The position numbers were made by a program, and so were the translations under genes. Shown here in pieces: positions 58,989-64,000 of a stretch of DNA of 64,000 bases (within the stretch, counting starts at the first letter, position 1; every line of letters starts with the position of its first letter). The notes below the pieces were generated by a model, which searched no databases, was not told where the DNA came from, and saw only the letters and a program-made list of their open reading frames with translations. Origin of the DNA: an uncultured delta proteobacterium (GTDB lineage: Bacteria; Myxococcota_A; Polyangia; Polyangiales; Polyangiaceae); the NCBI GenBank assembly GCA_963716725.1, contig CAVQUB010000009.1, positions 288,001 through 352,000 on the forward strand, written 5' to 3'.

Positions 58989-59759
58989 TCAGTGGTGCTC
59001 TTCGTGCTCCGTCGCGAGCCCGATGTAGATGCTCGTGAGGAGGGTGAAGACCAGGGTCTGGACGATGACGACCACGATGCCAAGAGCCATCACCGGCAGC
59101 GGGACCAAGACGGCCACCAGTGCCAGGAAGATGCCGAGGATCAAGTGGTCAACCGCCATGTTGAGCATGAGGCGGACGGCGAGCGTGATGGGGCGCACGC
59201 AGAGCGAGATGACCTCGATCGGCAGGATCAGCGGAGCCAGCCACCACTTGGGCCCCATCAAATGCTTGATGTAACCCATGCCGTTGGTCTGGATGCCCAC
59301 CATGTTGAAGTAGATGAACACCACCAGCGCGCAGCCAAGCGTGATGTTCAAGCTGCTGGTGGCCACCGGCAGTCCTGGGATCAGCGCCATGATGTTCGAG
59401 AAGAACACGAAGGTCGCCGACGTCCCGATGATGGGGAAGTACTTCTTGGCGCGTTCGGCATCCATGACGCTCTTGGCGAGGTCGTAGAAATAGCCAAGGA
59501 AGGCTTCCATGAAGGTGCGCAGCGTCAGCCCGTCGTCGGGGACCACGGCTTCGTTCGGGTCGGCGAGGCGCGCCTTGACCGCCAGCGCGACCAAGACCAC
59601 GAGGAACGCCACCAGCAACGAGGCCACGATGGGCTCGAAGCTCTGCCAGGTCGCCGGGTGTTTGGCGACGATGCTGTCACCAATGGCGCCAGCGTTGTGC
59701 GACAGCGTGTCTTTGGCGTAGGCCAGCAGCAACGTGAGCCAGGAGGCATGCTCGGGCAT
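58989..59759 (-). CDS. atpB: F0 ATP synthase subunit a
   Basis: N...LIPG...TSSLN.T; PIE.IS...[23 protein letters not shown]. Confidence 0.95.
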   Translation of the reverse strand: MPEHASWLTLLLAYAKDTLSHNAGAIGDSIVAKHPATWQSFEPIVASLLVAFLVVLVALAVKARLADPNEAVVPDDGLTLRTFMEAFLGYFYDLAKSVMDAERAKKYFPIIGTSATFVFFSNIMALIPGLPVATSSLNITLGCALVVFIYFNMVGIQTNGMGYIKHLMGPKWWLAPLILPIEVISLCVRPITLAVRLMLNMAVDHLILGIFLALVAVLVPLPVMALGIVVVIVQTLVFTLLTSIYIGLATEHEEHH

Positions 59760-59763
59760 GGGT

Positions 59764-60117
59764 TCAGCCTTCCTCTTCGACGGGATGCGGAGCGCCGAGC
59801 TGCCCGGCGACGACGCCGATCGGCAGGGCTCCAAGTCCAACGAGCAGCGGGAGCAGGTCGACCCAGCCGTTCGTGAGCAGCAGATACAGTCCCCCGAACA
59901 GCACCCCCATCTTGGCCACGGCGATCAGCGGCCACGGGACGCGGCTGCGCTTTCCGCCGAGCATGCCGCGGACCACGACCGTGATGACCCACAGGTTCGC
60001 CGCGGCCACGGCGGCGCCAAGCGCGATGCTGCGGGCGGTGTGCGCACCACTCACGAAGGCGCCGACCACCGTCGCCGACGCGCCCACCAACAGGACAGCC
60101 CACATGGCCCGGGCCAT
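59764..60117 (-). CDS. atpI: ATP synthase protein I
   Basis: GAAGGAG RBS; 4 TMs with LG....N and K motifs; directly upstream of atpB. Confidence 0.75.
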   Translation of the reverse strand: MARAMWAVLLVGASATVVGAFVSGAHTARSIALGAAVAAANLWVITVVVRGMLGGKRSRVPWPLIAVAKMGVLFGGLYLLLTNGWVDLLPLLVGLGALPIGVVAGQLGAPHPVEEEG

Positions 60118-60130
60118 GCTCGCGTCTCCT

Positions 60131-60403
60131 TCAGTTTGCGTCGTCGTCGTCATCGTCGAGCTTCTTCCTGGCTTCTCGGTCTTCGCGGTCCATGCGGTCG
60201 GCTTCACGATTGGCTCGGTTCAGCGCTCGCCACAGAGTTCGGGCGCCTGCCGCGAGTCCGAAACCAAAACCCACTAGAGCGATCCAGTGAGTCCCGAGCT
60301 TTCAATCGAGCCAACTGCCCACGAAGAGGCCGAGCAGCACGCTGAGGGCCAGCTCGAGACCGACCGTCCCGTAGGATCCGAAGCCTTTCCAGTTTTGCTT
60401 CAC
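60131..60403 (-). CDS. atpZ: AtpZ/AtpI-family protein interrupted by an in-frame TGA (60302-60304)
   Basis: YGTVGLELALSVLLGLFVGSWLD*KLGTHWIALVGFGFGLAAG; the AtpZ G.WLD.KLGT motif continues in the same frame. Confidence 0.8.
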
Positions 60404-60478
60404 CAGAGCCCCCCGAGGAGGGCCGCTCCGTCTGGGACGGAACGAGGAAAACCCCCGGAACTCCCGGGAGCGGCGGTC

Positions 60479-60507
60479 GATTAACACGTCGCCCCGGCGG
60501 GGGTCAA
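60479..60507 (-). promoter_or_regulatory. Candidate sigma70 promoter of atpZIBE
   Basis: TTGACC - 17 nt - TTAATC. Confidence 0.45.
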
Positions 60508-60555
60508 CGCTCCCTCGACGCACCGCGCCGAAAGCCTGGTGCTATCCTGCTCCCC

Positions 60556-61452
60556 ATGCTTCGGAGCGCTGCGGTCCTGACAATCGTCGCGATTTTTGCG
60601 CCTCGAACGGCGGGCGCCCAACCGGGGCAACCCGCCGGGCCTCCGCCGGGTCCCGCCCAAGGGCCAGCCGGCGCCCCGCCGCCGGGCTACTACACGGAGC
60701 CGGCCACGCCGTCGGGATCGCCGCCGCCGGGGCAGGGCGGGCCGCCGCCAGGCGCCTACGAGCCCCCGCCGCCGGGTTACTACCAGGCCCCGCCGGTCTG
60801 GGAGCCGCCTCCACCGCCCAAACCCAAGCACCGCGCACCGAAGACCGCCTTCTGGCTTGGCGCGCGCGTCGGCTACTTCGTTCCCTTCGGCAATCTGTGG
60901 CAGCAATACTCGCCGCCCAACTACGATCCAGTGAAGTGGAGTGGGTACGGATCGAACGGGCCGATGTTCGAGCTCGACATCGGCGCGCGCTTCAGCCGCC
61001 ACTACAACGTGTTCTTCGCCTGGGAGCGCGCGACGCTCGGCACCGGCAGCGAGGCGCCGGACGCCAATGGCGGACAGAAACGAGGCAGCACGGACTACTA
61101 CGCCGTCGGCCTTCGCTTCTCGTCGGACGCCGATCGCGTCGGATTCCTGACCGAGATCGATCTCGGCTGGAGGCGCTTCCAGGCAGAGTGGGAAGACGGC
61201 ACGCGGCTCGAGCTGTCGGAAGCTCCCCTCGAGTTTCGCATCGGTCTCGGCGCTGACATCCGCGTCACGCCCTTCTTCTCTCTCTCGCCCATGGTCACCC
61301 TCGGTGCCGGCTCCTTCGGCAAGGCGGAGTGGGAGTCGCCAAGCGGGAAGAAGACCGACGCCTTCTTGCCTGGCGACGAGGTCGCCGGGCACGGCTGGCT
61401 CACCCTCCAGCTCGGTGGCCATTTCGACATTCCGGGCGGCAGCCCGAATTGA
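60556..61452 (+). CDS. Outer-membrane beta-barrel protein with Pro/Tyr-rich N-terminus
   Basis: Signal peptide; amphipathic strands; HGWLTLQLGGHFD end. Confidence 0.75.
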   Translation: MLRSAAVLTIVAIFAPRTAGAQPGQPAGPPPGPAQGPAGAPPPGYYTEPATPSGSPPPGQGGPPPGAYEPPPPGYYQAPPVWEPPPPPKPKHRAPKTAFWLGARVGYFVPFGNLWQQYSPPNYDPVKWSGYGSNGPMFELDIGARFSRHYNVFFAWERATLGTGSEAPDANGGQKRGSTDYYAVGLRFSSDADRVGFLTEIDLGWRRFQAEWEDGTRLELSEAPLEFRIGLGADIRVTPFFSLSPMVTLGAGSFGKAEWESPSGKKTDAFLPGDEVAGHGWLTLQLGGHFDIPGGSPN

Positions 61453-61520
61453 AGCGTTTCTGGAAAGAAACGAACCGCCAAGACGCCGAGAGCGCCACGT
61501 CGCGCCATGAGTTCGAGCGG

Positions 61521-62663
61521 GTGATTCGGCGAACCACGGTTCTGATCGCGGCGCTCTCGATCGTGATCACCCGCCCGAGTCGGGCCGACTCCGGCCTGAA
61601 CGACGCTACCTGGGAGCCGGAATCGAGCGGGGTCGCGCCAGCGGATGAAACGCCTCCCGAGCCGCGAGACCCCCGCGCCCTCGATCCCAGGTCTCGCGCC
61701 CTGGCCGTCGCGGTCGCAGTGGGTCCGGGCGCCGTGGTGCACGGGGCGGGACACTGGGCTCTGGGCCGCCCCAAGACAGCGGCGCGCCTCGCGCTGATCC
61801 AAGGCGCAGGCCTGGGCGGCATGGTCGTCGGGCTCGCGGGCCTCGCGGTCACCGGCGCCAGCCGCTACGTCGTCGCGCCGCTCGCGCTCGCCACCATCGC
61901 GGGCGCGGGGCTCTTCGCGCTGCCGTGGCTGGCGGACATCTACGGCAGCGCCGCCTTGCCCGACGGAGCGAGCGCAGCGCCGACCCGGGCGCCGGTCCTG
62001 ATCAGCGAGCTCGGGCATCGCTACGTCTGGGATGCGCAGTTCCGCTACCGACACTTTTTGGTGCAGGGCGCTGACCTCCGCTTCTCTCGGCTCCGACTGG
62101 CTCAGAGCGGCTGGTTTGCGCTCGACGACGACAACGCCCGCATGCGCCTGCTCGTCGCGCATCGACTGTCTGGTCCGACCCCCGACGACGTTTCCGCCGA
62201 CGGCAGCTTCTTGGATCTCGAAGCGGCGCTGACTCACCACCGCTTCGACTCGGACGGCTTTCGCTCGCTCACGGGCGAGGTCTCGCTGAACCTGCGGCGC
62301 GACCTGGCAGGCATGGATCGGGCCCTCGGTGGCTCTTTCGTCGAGGCCGGCGCGGGCCTCGCGCTTCAACGCTTCGAATACCGAGTGCCTGGCGTGAGCA
62401 TCGACGCCGACACGAACGACCTCTTGCTCGCTCGCTTCGCCTTCGGCTTCTATCTAGGAGAGGCCGGCGAGGCGCAGCTCTACTACGACCATCGCCACGA
62501 CGATTTTGCCGCCGGGCTCGAGTTGACCGGGCTCGGCAGCGGAGTCGCGGGGCACTTTGGCGCCGACGCGCGCTGGTTCTGGGGGCAGTGGGGTGTGCGC
62601 GCGGAAGGACAAGTCGGATCCGCGTGGCTGGGTGGGTTGTCGCTGATGTTTCGCCAGGAGTGA
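61521..62663 (+). CDS. Hypothetical membrane / outer-membrane protein
   Basis: PG..VHG.GH motif, hydrophobic hairpin, beta-rich C-terminus; start uncertain. Confidence 0.65.
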   Translation: MIRRTTVLIAALSIVITRPSRADSGLNDATWEPESSGVAPADETPPEPRDPRALDPRSRALAVAVAVGPGAVVHGAGHWALGRPKTAARLALIQGAGLGGMVVGLAGLAVTGASRYVVAPLALATIAGAGLFALPWLADIYGSAALPDGASAAPTRAPVLISELGHRYVWDAQFRYRHFLVQGADLRFSRLRLAQSGWFALDDDNARMRLLVAHRLSGPTPDDVSADGSFLDLEAALTHHRFDSDGFRSLTGEVSLNLRRDLAGMDRALGGSFVEAGAGLALQRFEYRVPGVSIDADTNDLLLARFAFGFYLGEAGEAQLYYDHRHDDFAAGLELTGLGSGVAGHFGADARWFWGQWGVRAEGQVGSAWLGGLSLMFRQE

Positions 62664-62667
62664 GCAA

Positions 62668-63771
62668 ATGCCGAACACACGATGGATTTTCCACGTCACT
62701 TGGGCGCTCTCGCTCGGGCTCTTGTTCGCGGGCGGCTGCGCGCGCGCCAGCCAAGAGCGCGCGGAGCGCGACCTCGAGGTGGGCAAGGCCGAGGGCCACG
62801 GCCTGGCGATCGACGTCGCTTCCGGGCTGGCGGCGGTGCGACGCCTCGCGCCCGGAGAGCTGGTGCTGTGGAGCAGCGCCCCCGCATGGTCGCTGACCCT
62901 GACCTCGAAGGACGACGTTCCGACCACCTGGCTGGTGTCCCTCGAGAACGTGCTGCCCGACGTCGAACTGACGGGCAGCGTCCCGATCGAGCTCGTCTCG
63001 AACACGCTGGCCACTCGCAAGCAGTACCGAGTGCAGCTGCCGGCTGGCGCTCGAACGACGCTCACGATGGCGCCACCGGACGCGCAGGACTCGTCGAGCT
63101 GGCGATTCGCCGTGATGAGCGACGTTCAGGAGGCCATCGACGACGTCGGTGACATCTACCAGAAGGTCAACCAGACGCCGAAGGTGCGCTTCTTGTTGGG
63201 CGCGGGGGACCTCACGCAGCAGGGCACGGACGCCGAACTCGAGCGCTTCAAGGACGAGCTGACCTCCCTCGACGTGCCCTACTACACGACGCTGGGCAAC
63301 CACGAACTCGGGGACGGCGGGCCCGCCTACCAGGACTGGTACGGCCGCGCGAGCTTCAGCTTCGTGTACCGCAGCGTGCGCTTCTCGATGCTGGACACCG
63401 CCAGCGCCACCATCGATCCGATGGTCTACGACTGGCTCGATGGCTGGCTCGATCAGGGCAAGGATGGAGTGCACGTCGTCGCCATGCACATCCCCCCCAT
63501 CGACCCGGTCGGGGTGCGCAACGGCTCCTTCGCCAGCCGCAACGAGGCCGCCAAGCTCTTGACCCGACTCGCCAAGGGCAAGGTCGACGTGACGCTCTAC
63601 GGCCACATCCACAGCTACTACTCCTTCGACAACGCGGGCATCCCCGCCTACATCTCCGGCGGGGGCGGCGCCATCCCGGAGCGCTTCGACAACGTCGGCC
63701 GACACTTTCTGGTGGTCGACGTCGACCCTAGCCGGGGCGTGTCGGCCGTCTCGAAGGTCGAAGTGGACTGA
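62668..63771 (+). CDS. Calcineurin-like metallophosphoesterase lipoprotein
   Basis: Lipobox AGGC; SDVQ, GDL, GNHE, MHIP, GHIH. Confidence 0.9.
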   Translation: MPNTRWIFHVTWALSLGLLFAGGCARASQERAERDLEVGKAEGHGLAIDVASGLAAVRRLAPGELVLWSSAPAWSLTLTSKDDVPTTWLVSLENVLPDVELTGSVPIELVSNTLATRKQYRVQLPAGARTTLTMAPPDAQDSSSWRFAVMSDVQEAIDDVGDIYQKVNQTPKVRFLLGAGDLTQQGTDAELERFKDELTSLDVPYYTTLGNHELGDGGPAYQDWYGRASFSFVYRSVRFSMLDTASATIDPMVYDWLDGWLDQGKDGVHVVAMHIPPIDPVGVRNGSFASRNEAAKLLTRLAKGKVDVTLYGHIHSYYSFDNAGIPAYISGGGGAIPERFDNVGRHFLVVDVDPSRGVSAVSKVEVD

Positions 63772-63772
63772 G

Positions 63773-64000
63773 TCAGCCCAGGATGCGCTCAGCCTCGTCG
63801 AGTTGCGCGTTCATGAGCGAGACAAGCAAGGGCCGAAGCGCGCGCACGGCGCGCGCACGGTGACTGATGCAGTTCTTCTCGGCCTCACCGAGCTCGGCCA
63901 TGGAGCGTCCGCCGGTCTCGGCCGCGAGAAAGAGCGGGTCGTAGCCGAAGCCGCCGCTGCCCCGTGGATCCCGCGCGATGGCGCCCTCGACCTTGCCCTC
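63773..64000 (-). CDS. rdgB: RdgB/HAM1 non-canonical purine NTP pyrophosphatase (3' part)
   Basis: Manual translation: EG.I...[13 protein letters not shown]...MAEL...[11 protein letters not shown]. Confidence 0.93.
   Translation of the reverse strand, partial: EGKVEGAIARDPRGSGGFGYDPLFLAAETGGRSMAELGEAEKNCISHRARAVRALRPLLVSLMNAQLDEAERILG

Overview
Very GC-rich (about 70%) bacterial chromosome segment whose content indicates a myxobacterium, probably Polyangiaceae/Sorangiineae-like: four Hanks-type Ser/Thr kinases plus one pseudokinase, FHA proteins, MYXO-CTERM tails, Gly/Cys-rich lipoproteins and a split F0 operon. The left ~24 kb is accessory. It holds a PEGA / FHA-sigma54 activator / kinase operon divergent from a sigma54-driven stand-alone WYL-type wHTH gene, a surface-lipoprotein cluster, sugE, a HipBA module among gene remnants, and a surface-anchored M15 peptidase. 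The right ~40 kb is mostly core: dcp, DUF58/vWA, surA, recA, rseP, lpxC, ftsK, L,D-transpeptidase, ABC1 kinase, atpZ-I-B-E and rdgB. Four genes are broken: three by single-base duplications (four events, probably sequencing errors) and atpZ by an in-frame TGA followed by a hairpin. No rRNA, tRNA, CRISPR array or transposase was recognised. All product calls come from motifs read by eye, not from database searches.
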